DNA of 31,488 nt from Candidatus Woesearchaeota archaeon. Lineage in GTDB: Archaea > Nanobdellota > Nanobdellia > SCGC-AAA011-G17 > UBA489. Position numbers and translations under genes: made by a program. The stretch lies in the NCBI GenBank assembly GCA_964371275.1, contig CAYJLN010000002.1, positions 1 to 31,488 on the forward strand, read 5' to 3'. The notes below the pieces were generated by a model, which did not search any database, was not told the origin of the DNA, and worked only from the letters and a program-made list of their open reading frames with translations. How positions within the stretch are numbered: the first letter of the stretch is position 1; every line of letters starts with the position of its first letter. Of the stretch, positions 18,198-27,046 are shown piece after piece.

Positions 18198-18454
18198 AAA
18201 TAGAAAAGAAAATTTGGCCCGAGTACTTTCAGAAAATTCTTGACGGCGTGAAAACCTACGAGCTACGATTAGCTGATTTCACGTGTAATCCTGGCGATAT
18301 TCTTGTCCTCAGAGAATGGGACCCAAACACAAAAGAGTATACGGGAAGGAAAGTCGAAAAACAAGTCACGTATGTAGGAAAAACAAAAAATACGCCGTTC
18401 TGGCCGAAAGAAGAGATAGAAAAACACGGGTTTCAGATCATTGCGTTTAAATAA
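18194..18454 (+). CDS. ASCH/DUF3850 (PUA-like) domain protein
   Basis: KIWPEYFQKILDGVKTYELR...GDILVLREWD. Confidence 0.8.
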   Translation: MKIEKKIWPEYFQKILDGVKTYELRLADFTCNPGDILVLREWDPNTKEYTGRKVEKQVTYVGKTKNTPFWPKEEIEKHGFQIIAFK

Positions 18455-18460
18455 GAATAG

Positions 18461-19723
18461 TTACTTGGTAAGTTTCTTGATGGCCTCTTGAATGCCCAAT
18501 AATTCTTCTTTCCCGCTTTTCATGTCGCGAAGCTTCACTTTCTTCTTCTTCAGTTCTTCAGGGCCAATAATAAGCACGTACGGAATCCCCATGCTGTCTG
18601 CATAGTCAAAATTCTTCGACACATTACGGTCAAGCATGTCGATTTCTGTCGGGATACCAGCGTCACGAAGCTTCTGGGCAAAGGCGAAAGACTCGTCAAA
18701 TGTTTTGATAGGCAACACATAGACGCGTGTCACTGTTTTCTTGGTCTCTTTACGCAAGGTAAGAAGAGCGTCCATAATCGTGTCAAGACCAAAAGAAAGC
18801 CCAACTGCAGGGACATCACCAGTGCCTCTAAACTTGCCAATCATCTGGTCATAGCGTCCACCAGCAGCAATAGCGCTCGATATAGGATTATTCTCGGCAA
18901 AAACTTCAAAGATTGTCCCCGTATAATAGGCGAGACCGCGAGCAAGGGAAACCTCAAAGGTAACCTGTGGCGCGAGAGAAAGAACCTGCTCCAATTCCTC
19001 TAATCCTTCTTGCTGTTTCAAAAGTTTCTTTAATGCAACGAGTTTATCGCCATTCGATCCTTTCAGAGTAATCGCCTTCACCAAAAAATCAAGCGCTGAT
19101 TTTCCAACGCCTTTGTCAGCAAGTTCTTTTTTGACAGCGTCAAGACCAATCTTCTCTAATTTATCAAGAGTGAGGATGACGGTCGTTCGTTGATCAGAAG
19201 GAACAGATGACGCATCAAGCAGTGCATCAAGAATCTTGCGGTTGTTCACGCGGATGATCACGGGGATTGCAAGAGCACGGAATGCTGCCTGTGCCAAACA
19301 GAGCAATTCTGCATCTTGTTTCAGCGAAGAAGCGCCAATGACATCAACGTCGCACTGGACAAATTCACGATAGCGCCCAGTTTTCAACGGTCCATCGCGG
19401 AAAACCGTGCCAATTTGATAGCGGCGGAACGGCATTTTCATCGTTGGATTCATCGCCACGACACGAGCAAGAGGGACGGTAAGATCGTAGCGTAACGCAA
19501 GCTCTCGGTCACCCTGATCTTTTAAAGTAAACGTCTCTTTGAGGATTTCAGCACCGCCAGCATATTTCGAAGAGAGCACATCATACCGTTCTAAGATAGG
19601 AGTATCTGCAGGGGAAAATCCATACTGTTCAAAAGTGGTTCGAAGAATAGTTTCAACCTCTTGGCGCAAGATTTTTTCATCTGGTAAAAAGTCCCGTGTT
19701 CCTTTCGCTCGTTGTAGTTCCAT
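18461..19723 (-). CDS. hisS: Histidine--tRNA ligase
   Basis: KGTRDFLP, LRYDLTVPLAR, GRYREFVQCD, RGLAYYTG and GGRYD motifs. Confidence 0.97.
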   Translation of the reverse strand: MELQRAKGTRDFLPDEKILRQEVETILRTTFEQYGFSPADTPILERYDVLSSKYAGGAEILKETFTLKDQGDRELALRYDLTVPLARVVAMNPTMKMPFRRYQIGTVFRDGPLKTGRYREFVQCDVDVIGASSLKQDAELLCLAQAAFRALAIPVIIRVNNRKILDALLDASSVPSDQRTTVILTLDKLEKIGLDAVKKELADKGVGKSALDFLVKAITLKGSNGDKLVALKKLLKQQEGLEELEQVLSLAPQVTFEVSLARGLAYYTGTIFEVFAENNPISSAIAAGGRYDQMIGKFRGTGDVPAVGLSFGLDTIMDALLTLRKETKKTVTRVYVLPIKTFDESFAFAQKLRDAGIPTEIDMLDRNVSKNFDYADSMGIPYVLIIGPEELKKKKVKLRDMKSGKEELLGIQEAIKKLTK

Positions 19724-19737
19724 GGTTAAGTAAAAAG

Positions 19738-19824
19738 GGTGACCGGGGAGAATCGAACTCCCGTCTCGGGCTGTCTGCTAAATGAAGCCACAGGCCCAAA
19801 TTCTACCATTAAACCACGGTCACC
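19738..19824 (-). tRNA. tRNA-His(GTG) with encoded G-1 and a 15-nt intron at 37/38 (19773-19787)
   Basis: Acceptor GTGACCG/CGGTCAC with discriminator C; T-loop GTTCGATT; anticodon stem TGGGC/GCCCG. The intron CTTCATTTAGCAGAC forms a CUGU/GCAG central helix with GG|C and AC|A bulges. Confidence 0.92.
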
Positions 19825-19952
19825 ATTGTTCTGTCTAGGTAGATTAGAACAGTTTTGTTGTTGACACGACACACTAAGAAAAAGTCCCTTAGCAATGAAG
19901 ACAATCAGCTCGTGTCATGATAGAAGAAAAAAGCGACGTTGAGTATAAAAAG

Positions 19953-20714
19953 CTATCGTTTCCCAAATGCCCAGTTCAAGAATTGATAGAAATGGCCAAC
20001 GTCTTCATGAGAAGTTGCCTTCCCAGTCAAATAGAGTGCTAATTTTGCATATGCCTGAGATGAGGGCGCATGGGGGTACACATAGCTCACCGGTTCTCGT
20101 TTGAACATGGCCTTCTTTACATAGGGGTCCTCAGGAACGACACCAACAATAGGCTGCTCTAAGATCGTCTGAATGTTATGAATCTTCAGATCAAGATCAT
20201 GACCGGCTCTCGTCAGGACTACGCCTGTGATAATCTTATCGTAGTCTTTCGCAACGCGAATTGTTTTCAAAGACTGAGCAACGCTTGGCAGTTCAGGTGT
20301 TGTAATCACTAAAGTCTCATCTGCTAATTTAATCGCAGATCGCGCTTCTCGATCAAGACCAGGTGCGCCATCAAGTAAAATGACTTCAGATTTCAAGCGA
20401 GGAAGATGATGCTGTAAATCATCAAGATTGCATTTTTCCACGTTTTTCATCGATAAACTACCAGGAATAATCTTGACGCCAGAGCGGTGCTGATACACAG
20501 CCTCATGAATAGTAGCAGTCCCTTGGAGAACATCATGCAAGGTAACGGGAACATGGGGCGCACCTAAATACATACTGAGGTAAGGAGTGCTTAAATTAGC
20601 ATCAATAACCGTCACATCACGCCCTAACTTAGAAAGACACACCCCTAAATTCATGGATGTCGTCGATTTTCCAGATCCGCCTTTACTGCTGGAAACAGAA
20701 GCAATGAGACTCAT
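19953..20714 (-). CDS. minD: MinD/ParA-family ATPase
   Basis: Deviant Walker A KGGSGKST; VIDAN; LLDGAPG; VITTPE; GVVPED. Confidence 0.85.
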   Translation of the reverse strand: MSLIASVSSSKGGSGKSTTSMNLGVCLSKLGRDVTVIDANLSTPYLSMYLGAPHVPVTLHDVLQGTATIHEAVYQHRSGVKIIPGSLSMKNVEKCNLDDLQHHLPRLKSEVILLDGAPGLDREARSAIKLADETLVITTPELPSVAQSLKTIRVAKDYDKIITGVVLTRAGHDLDLKIHNIQTILEQPIVGVVPEDPYVKKAMFKREPVSYVYPHAPSSQAYAKLALYLTGKATSHEDVGHFYQFLNWAFGKR

Positions 20715-20780
20715 AACAACCTCTTTTGATGAGAATAGAAGGCGGATAAATCTATATAAAGATTTCCTTTAAGAAAATCC

Positions 20781-20915
20781 CTAAAGAACGCTCTTTCGGC
20801 ATTCTTTGCACAGCGACCCCTTGCCGCAGCGAGAACAGACTAACTGGCCGCAATTTGTGCATTGAAAAGTCGCTAATTCCGCATCACAAATCGCACAAAC
20901 AGCCTCGACTCTCAT
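20781..20915 (-). CDS. 44-aa protein with four CxxC pairs (double zinc finger), absent from the ORF track
   Basis: Hand translation: MRVEAVCAICDAELATFQCTNCGQLVCSRCGKGSLCKECRKSVL; ATGA overlap with the upstream stop. Confidence 0.85.
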   Translation of the reverse strand: MRVEAVCAICDAELATFQCTNCGQLVCSRCGKGSLCKECRKSVL

Positions 20916-21361
20916 GTGCCACCGATAAGAGAATGAGCAGCCTCGACAAAAAGATATGTTTTTTGATAGAAGCTCTTCAATCGCTCAATATCAACCTCAA
21001 CTTTCTGTTGTTTCACCATCACGATTAAAGCAACATTTTTCTTATATTCCTCTTTTTTTGTATAGATAGCGCGATCAATTTCTCTCATGTAGGCGATAAA
21101 ATCAAGTGCTTCTTTAAACTGGGGGCATTTTTTCAGAACAAGATCAGAACGGAGCTTCGATGAGGCAGGAATAGAAGGAATTTTTTTCTTGGCGTGAAGA
21201 TACTGAAGCAGCTCAAGAACGGCGCAGTCGCATGCGCCAATCAGCCGTTTCACAATACTTTTGATCAAATCAACGCTTTTAGTATATTTCAGGCTAATGT
21301 AGATACTATGGTCTGCCCGTTTCAGCTCCGCGTGGGAGCCTTCATGCGAATCGTCGGTCAC
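20912..21361 (-). CDS. Hypothetical helical protein, paralogue of the upstream gene (HEPN-like by inference)
   Basis: Probable GTG start at 21361 after AAGGAG; ADH..Y motif shared with 21342-21827. Confidence 0.75.
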   Translation of the reverse strand: MTDDSHEGSHAELKRADHSIYISLKYTKSVDLIKSIVKRLIGACDCAVLELLQYLHAKKKIPSIPASSKLRSDLVLKKCPQFKEALDFIAYMREIDRAIYTKKEEYKKNVALIVMVKQQKVEVDIERLKSFYQKTYLFVEAAHSLIGGT

Positions 21362-21827
21362 TGGTTTCGAGAACTCCTTGTATGGTATGGATAAATTTTT
21401 TAACATGCGAGATATACCTCTTAACCTTCTCAAGCGTCAACGTGCGAAGCCGGTACTCTGGAGACGCGATCACAAAGGCACTCCGGCGCTTAAATTCAAT
21501 AGTGCTCTGCTGCCGTTTTTCATGAAGTTCAAGAAGGTCCATCATAGCAAGTAACTCGTCTGATGATACGGCATAGCGCTTGGCAACAGACTGGCGAAAA
21601 ATATCAAATCGAGAGCGTAAATCCTGGGGCGGCAGCGATATCCGTTTATACAGCGAATCATAATGAAGTAAAGCGTCCATTCCTTTGCGTGAAGCAGTAT
21701 ACAACTGATCCGCAATAAGCCCCAACACCTTGGCATCGTTCACGACAGGATATGTAACATAGGCGAGATGGTCAGCAGCATCAAAAGCTTTCGTTGCCTC
21801 CGCCACTAGTTGTCGAAATTGTTCCAT
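21342..21827 (-). CDS. Hypothetical helical protein (HEPN-like by inference)
   Basis: 161-aa ORF; A..AFDAADHL...LYTAS..GMDALL pattern. Confidence 0.8.
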   Translation of the reverse strand: MEQFRQLVAEATKAFDAADHLAYVTYPVVNDAKVLGLIADQLYTASRKGMDALLHYDSLYKRISLPPQDLRSRFDIFRQSVAKRYAVSSDELLAMMDLLELHEKRQQSTIEFKRRSAFVIASPEYRLRTLTLEKVKRYISHVKKFIHTIQGVLETSDRRFA

Positions 21828-21925
21828 AGAAGGGAAAAACCCTCTGCGTCATGCATATGATCAAGGTGAAATCTGGAGGGCATGCTACTATAAAAACGTT
21901 TCTTAAAAAGGGCAAAAATAGGTAA

Positions 21926-22762
21926 TTACTGCTTAACGGCGCGGATGCCAGAGGAAAAATCGTGATAAATGGCTGACTGGAAGCCAGAATCGCGCAATTG
22001 GCGTAATAGCCGAGGATACAATTGTTTTCCTTTGGTTTTTTGGGGATGCGGGCAATAATGGTAGAGAATTCCTTTCGGTTTCAAGACGCGGTAGAGCTCA
22101 CGATGGAACTCGAGAGAATACAGTTCAGGAGAGCGAGCAAAGGTCGGTGGATCGTGGATAATCCGGTCAAACGTCGCAGCAGGAAATTCACCAAGCGCAG
22201 AAAACACATCTTGTTCGTGAAGTTTGATAGTACTGGAGGCAAACACAGGCTGCGAATACGGATTCAATTGAGCAATCGCAAGAACAGAAGGATCCCGTTC
22301 AAAAGTATCGACGTGTGTCGCGTGTTCAGAAGCAAGAATTACGGTGTATCCCAAACCACAGCATGTGTCAAGAACACGACCAGTAACAGGAGAAATCTCC
22401 TTGATTTTTAATTGGGTATCGTGATACGGAGACGTCGTTGTATGGCGGTGCATGGGTGTTGAAGATAATGTAATTGTTGGCCAGTCAGTCGTAGGAACGA
22501 GTTTATAGTACAGTCTTGTTTCCTCAGAATAGACAGCAATAGGAATGAGTTTATTTTCCTGAAGAAGATAGCACGTGTGATCGTTCACTTTTTTCAACGC
22601 AGATAACGGAATATGATGATCAGCAATATGAAATGCATCGGTATGAACAGTGACGGAAGAGGTTGTACAACCAAGATCGAGAGAAACGGAAACAGAAGAC
22701 ATTGCAGAATGAAGAATCTGTTCTGCTTCTTTGCGTGTCAGAATAAGCGGTGGTGAAGACAT
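21926..22762 (-). CDS. Archaeal SAM-dependent methyltransferase (COG2521-like)
   Basis: VLDTCCGLGYT, IIHDPP and LYRVLKPKGILYHY motifs. Start moved to 22762, just after the nac stop. Confidence 0.85.
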   Translation of the reverse strand: MSSPPLILTRKEAEQILHSAMSSVSVSLDLGCTTSSVTVHTDAFHIADHHIPLSALKKVNDHTCYLLQENKLIPIAVYSEETRLYYKLVPTTDWPTITLSSTPMHRHTTTSPYHDTQLKIKEISPVTGRVLDTCCGLGYTVILASEHATHVDTFERDPSVLAIAQLNPYSQPVFASSTIKLHEQDVFSALGEFPAATFDRIIHDPPTFARSPELYSLEFHRELYRVLKPKGILYHYCPHPQKTKGKQLYPRLLRQLRDSGFQSAIYHDFSSGIRAVKQ

Positions 22763-22769
22763 ACGACAA

Positions 22770-23099
22770 TTACGCTTGTAAAGAAACAATGGCTTCCGCC
22801 AAGTCGCCTTTAGTCTTGGTAAGTACAGCTCGCGCCTTTTCCTCAGAAACGCCAGCTTGTTTCGCAACCATCTTCACATCCTCGTCAGTAAACGGGGCAG
22901 CTTCCTCAATGTCTCCTGTTATTTGAAGACTTTGCTGTCCCATCATATTAATCCGAGAAACCTGCGGATTTCTAATAATAAGGTCTTTGTCCTTGCATTT
23001 GATGATAACTTCGAGAGCATCAATCTCTTCCTGCTTAATCCCCATGCGTTTCATGACTTTTTCCATCTGTTTGGGATTAATGCCGGGAAGCATACGCAC
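22770..23099 (-). CDS. nac: Nascent polypeptide-associated complex protein
   Basis: NPKQMEKVMKRMGIKQEEI; C-terminal UBA-like DVKMVAKQAGVSEEKA...GDLAEAI. Confidence 0.95.
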   Translation of the reverse strand: MRMLPGINPKQMEKVMKRMGIKQEEIDALEVIIKCKDKDLIIRNPQVSRINMMGQQSLQITGDIEEAAPFTDEDVKMVAKQAGVSEEKARAVLTKTKGDLAEAIVSLQA

Positions 23100-23107
23100 A
23101 GAAGAAG

Positions 23108-23123
23108 GAAAAGCTTTAAAAAG
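23108..23123. promoter_or_regulatory. Putative bidirectional TATA box
   Basis: GAAAAGCTTTAAAAAG lies about 20-27 nt from both the nac start (minus) and ATG 23145 (plus). Confidence 0.45.
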
Positions 23124-23144
23124 GTATTCGTAGCGAGCCTTCGT

Positions 23145-23699
23145 ATGGGGGGGAATATACGAAGTATACAGTTAGAACGAGTCATCCCTATTTGGGAATA
23201 TGAACAGATCTTGAGCCGACTTGAAGGAAGAGCAACAAGAACCAATCCAGCTCCGTGGTATCAGTATTGTATGATTGGGGAGACAGCAGTTTACGAAAGT
23301 CCTGGGCAGCTTCTTGAGGAGATTCATAGAATATCGCGCATTGATGAGATTTCAATCAGAACACGACGAGGAACAGAAAGCACACCAACGCAATGGAAAA
23401 AAGTGTTTGCGCGGTGTGTGCGAACATACCACAGGAACAAGCAAGAATTCTTGGACGATCTTGCAGTGTGTATGGACGATCCAGACGCCTATCTCGAATT
23501 GAAAACGCAACAAGTTGACGCAACATACAGAGGATCAAAATTTGCGTTGTTCCAAGGCGAGCAACAAGGAAAACCTGTTTTATTTTGTGGAACGATAGAT
23601 CTAAGAGAAATTGATCATACACTTGTCGATACAGAAAAGATATGGGCACTGAAGAAAGATTACCGCGCCGTTATTCGGCCAGAACGATTTCGACCGTAA
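23145..23699 (+). CDS. Hypothetical protein, tandem paralogue 1 (184 aa)
   Basis: Start moved from 22857 to 23145 (TATA spacing, no overlap with nac); aligns with 23703-24257. Confidence 0.75.
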   Translation: MGGNIRSIQLERVIPIWEYEQILSRLEGRATRTNPAPWYQYCMIGETAVYESPGQLLEEIHRISRIDEISIRTRRGTESTPTQWKKVFARCVRTYHRNKQEFLDDLAVCMDDPDAYLELKTQQVDATYRGSKFALFQGEQQGKPVLFCGTIDLREIDHTLVDTEKIWALKKDYRAVIRPERFRP

Positions 23700-23702
23700 A
23701 AC

Positions 23703-24257
23703 ATGGACTTAAAATGTATAGTAATTGGCAGAGAAGTCGCATTTCATACGTATCTAGATTACACACAAAAAATGAGGATACGTGTGCCATTTCAAAAGCT
23801 GCCAGAGACGACATATCGTCTACTCGAAGGAACCATACGCTATACCGATCCAGTAACTTTTCTAGACGAAGCAGTTCACGAACCACTCATTGATCAAATA
23901 ACAATAGAAAAAGACTATGGTGCTGAAGATCCGAGAGAGAGATGGGAAAAGTTTTTTGCGCGGCAGATACGAAAAGAGGGCGGAATAGTCCGAAAAGTAA
24001 GAGGAAGATTAGGAAGGCTCTTTGCTGAAGGAAGAGGGTATGTGGAAGTAAACTTTGAGCGACGAGGGATCAAAAACCTTCCCTCAGAGAGACAGTCGTG
24101 TTCACTCGCTTTTGTTATCAGAAAAAATCGAGAACAGCAGACAGAATGTGTTTGTGGGCACATACAAGTTCCTTCCACATACGTACCAGATCTTGGAGTA
24201 CCTATGGGGTCAAAAAGGTTATGCCGCGCAGTACTTGATCCACGATCGCTGTTCTAA
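23703..24257 (+). CDS. Hypothetical protein, tandem paralogue 2 (184 aa)
   Basis: Shares ID.I.I....G.E.....W.K.FAR..R and CG.I...RAV..P with the upstream ORF. Confidence 0.75.
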   Translation: MDLKCIVIGREVAFHTYLDYTQKMRIRVPFQKLPETTYRLLEGTIRYTDPVTFLDEAVHEPLIDQITIEKDYGAEDPRERWEKFFARQIRKEGGIVRKVRGRLGRLFAEGRGYVEVNFERRGIKNLPSERQSCSLAFVIRKNREQQTECVCGHIQVPSTYVPDLGVPMGSKRLCRAVLDPRSLF

Positions 24258-24299
24258 CCCAAACAAAAGCCTTAAAAGAAAAAGAAAGGAAAGGGGGGT

Positions 24300-26144
24300 A
24301 TGGCCTGGTCCCTCTATAATCAAGAACACAAAGAACTCGCACCGCTGACCTTCTCAAATAAAAAAACGCAGGAAGATGTCGTCAATGAGGTGGTGCAGAA
24401 AATACAAGAAGGACATAAAGTTATTTTCATTAAAGGTGTCTGTGGTTCAGGAAAGTCTGCCATTGCGTTAAATATCGCAAAAGAAATGGGAAAAGCATCA
24501 GTTGTTGTTCCTGTAAAATACTTGCAGCAGCAGTACGAGCAGGATTACACAAAAAAATTCTATCTCAGGAAAAAAGACGGCGATCAGGTAAAAATTACCG
24601 TCCTCACCGGAAGAAACAACCATGCCTGCCTCTATAATACGTCCTGCAACGCAGATGATAAATTCTTACCATGCCACATTAAAATCTCAAAGGAAAATGT
24701 TGATTTGATCAGGCTCTATCTAAAAGAAAATCCATTCGTCAAGGAGGATGATTTCAAGGGCGTAGAAGACGTCAAGAGGTTCTCGGTAGCAGCTGCCTGC
24801 CCCTACTGGTCTCCTGTCGTGGGAAAAGACTGGTCCCAAACCTACGAATTTGATGATGCGCAGCCGTATGAATACAAAGGGCTGCGAAATAAACGGCACA
24901 TCTACTACAAGAGAAAGCCAGGATGCTCCTATTACGCGCAGTTTATGTCCTACATCACCTCAGATATTATAGTCTACAACTCAAAGAAGTATGAACTCGA
25001 AAATGCCATGGATCGAAAACCAGAAACTGAAGTCGAAATTATTGACGAATGCGATGAATTTCTTGATAATCTGGGGAATGAAAAACGCATCAACCTGCAC
25101 CACCTCTTGCATCATGTTGAGGAAACGTTAACGACAAAGGAAAGGAAAAAAGAAGGGGAGGACAAGACGAAAGAAGTCCTGCAGGAGCTCAAAGACCTTA
25201 TTCTTACGACCATGGAAGCAAAATGGCTGAAAGAGTGCATCGACAATAGCGAGATCATTAAAATAAAAGACACTCCCTTCTTCGAGCTCATCGCGTTACT
25301 GATCGCAAACGACTTTCTTGCAGAAGACGAAGAACTTGAGCGGTATATCGGCATTGCAAAAAGCTTTGAAGGGATGTTCGAGAGCACCTACATTAATTTC
25401 TCCCGGACCATAAAGGCGCATATTCTCATTAAAATAGTGAACATCAACCTCGAACGGCGATTTAATGAGCTGCTGGAAAAAAATAAGGTGTTTGTGATGA
25501 TGTCGGGAACCTTGCATTCCCCAGACGTGCTTCGCAATATTTTTGGTATTAAAGACTTTATTTTTGTTGATGCAGAGACGCAGCTTCCCGGAATAATCAA
25601 GAAAGTGCGAACAAATGCAGAGCGAAACTTCAGATACAAGGAATTCGCAGCAGGAAAAGTAACACGGGAAGACTATCTGCGCGCCTTGCAAAAATGCATC
25701 GAATTAGCTGAAAAACCCTTTCTTGTCCATGTCAACAGTTTCTCCGATCTGCCAACAGAAGAAGAAAAAGAAAAATATCATCTCGGTATCATTTCACGCG
25801 AACGTTTTTATGAACAGCAAGAACGCTACAAAACAGGAGAATTATTGCAAAGATTCAAAAACAAGGAACTGGAAGTCTTGTACTCGACAAAATGCTCCCG
25901 CGGCGTGGATCTTCCTGGAGATACCTGCAAAAGTATTATCTTCACGAAATATCCCTATCCCAGCATGGATTCGTTGTTCTGGAGAATTTTGAAAGATTCA
26001 AGCCCCGACAAGTTCATGGAATTTTATTTTGATAAGGCACACCGGGAATTTCTGCAACGAATATTTCGAGGATTACGAAGCAAGGATGACAAAGTCAGCA
26101 TCTTAAGCCCAGACAGCAAAGTGTTATCCGCCAATATTGTTTAG
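24300..26144 (+). CDS. DinG/XPD(Rad3)-family SF2 helicase
   Basis: Walker A GVCGSGKS; IIDECD; MSGT; SRGVDLPGD; QRIFRGLRS; four Cys (HACL, LPCH, ACPY, GCSY) in the Fe-S region. Confidence 0.88.
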   Translation: MAWSLYNQEHKELAPLTFSNKKTQEDVVNEVVQKIQEGHKVIFIKGVCGSGKSAIALNIAKEMGKASVVVPVKYLQQQYEQDYTKKFYLRKKDGDQVKITVLTGRNNHACLYNTSCNADDKFLPCHIKISKENVDLIRLYLKENPFVKEDDFKGVEDVKRFSVAAACPYWSPVVGKDWSQTYEFDDAQPYEYKGLRNKRHIYYKRKPGCSYYAQFMSYITSDIIVYNSKKYELENAMDRKPETEVEIIDECDEFLDNLGNEKRINLHHLLHHVEETLTTKERKKEGEDKTKEVLQELKDLILTTMEAKWLKECIDNSEIIKIKDTPFFELIALLIANDFLAEDEELERYIGIAKSFEGMFESTYINFSRTIKAHILIKIVNINLERRFNELLEKNKVFVMMSGTLHSPDVLRNIFGIKDFIFVDAETQLPGIIKKVRTNAERNFRYKEFAAGKVTREDYLRALQKCIELAEKPFLVHVNSFSDLPTEEEKEKYHLGIISRERFYEQQERYKTGELLQRFKNKELEVLYSTKCSRGVDLPGDTCKSIIFTKYPYPSMDSLFWRILKDSSPDKFMEFYFDKAHREFLQRIFRGLRSKDDKVSILSPDSKVLSANIV

Positions 26145-26308
26145 AACAGCCCAAATCCTTTCGTGTGCAAGAATGCCTCAATCACAATCACAAAGATAAT
26201 CATGACAATAACTGACTGTGGCGAGAGCGCGATGGCACTCTTGTAATCATCAGAATACCGAACTAATCCGCCGCCGCTTTGAGGCATAGAAATACGATTG
26301 TTTGCCAT
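26141..26308 (-). CDS. secG: Protein translocase subunit Sec61beta/SecG (55 aa), absent from the ORF track
   Basis: Hand translation: MANNRISMPQSGGGLVRYSDDYKSAIALSPQSVIVMIIFVIVIEAFLHTKGFGLF. Confidence 0.9.
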   Translation of the reverse strand: MANNRISMPQSGGGLVRYSDDYKSAIALSPQSVIVMIIFVIVIEAFLHTKGFGLF

Positions 26309-26358
26309 GATTAATGAATAAAAAACACACTTTAAAAATCTTTCTTAAGAAAAAAGTG

Positions 26359-26692
26359 TAGGAACCCATAAGCCGTCTTGTGTCTGTTCTCCTGTACAGG
26401 AATGAACAGGCCTCCATTAAACTCAGCGTCCAAAAGGACTTGCACCCGTCAGGACGTGCCGTTTCACCGCATCCTTTCACTCAGCTCGGCTTGTTATCTC
26501 ACGCTTCTCGCGAAACGCTTCTCTTGTCATCTCAACAAGAACACCATCGCTGGTGTAAGCCTCATCGCCATTGAAAGGCCGTATCGTTTCTGAGCAGTTG
26601 CCCTCAGTTTCCTGAGCTCTCATCTGAGAGTGACGTTGTTTGGTGGACGGACTTTCCTCAGACATTCTGTCCGACAGGAGGCGTGGTTCCTA
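26359..26692 (-). ncRNA. rnpB: RNase P RNA
   Basis: GAGGAAAGTCC, CAGAAAC, GGTGAAACGG, GGTGCAAG and AACAGA...GGCTTA conserved elements; P1 stem TAGGAACC/GGTTCCTA. Confidence 0.95.
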
Positions 26693-27046
26693 CTATAGAA
26701 ATAGAAAATTGTGTATTTAAAAAAGTAGCGTTTAAAGAAAATAAGAAAAAACGTACAAGGTGAAGTAAATTCTAACGAACGGTTAGTAGATGCAGGCTGA
26801 ACACCTCGTTGCCTTGGTGCGTACACCCCATCCCTATCAAACTCCTGTTTTGGGAGTATTCTCCCTCTCGTATCGAGGCGAGTTTCGAGCTTAGATGCTT
26901 TCAGCTCTTATCTCAAAATGCGTAGCTGCTCGGCCTGCCTTGTCAGACAACCGATGCACCAGAGGCATCGAATGTCGGTTCCTCTCGTACTACGACATCC
27001 TTCCTCTCAGAGGTTTGCACTTCCAGTAGATATCATACAAACTGTC

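Noticed and set aside
21323-21345. Apparent frameshift from the ATGA overlap (MKAPTRS*) into the second paralogue
   Set aside because: An in-frame GTG at 21361 with an upstream AAGGAG explains the gene without a frameshift.
22857-23144. N-terminal extension of the 280-aa ORF
   Set aside because: It is antisense to nac; the start at 23145 gives the same length as its paralogue.
26693-26764. Possible 5S rRNA after 23S
   Set aside because: The spacer is too short and AT-rich and has no 5S motifs.
26250-26826. Short ORFs over 26.25-26.83 kb
   Set aside because: They overlap rnpB and the 23S 3' end.
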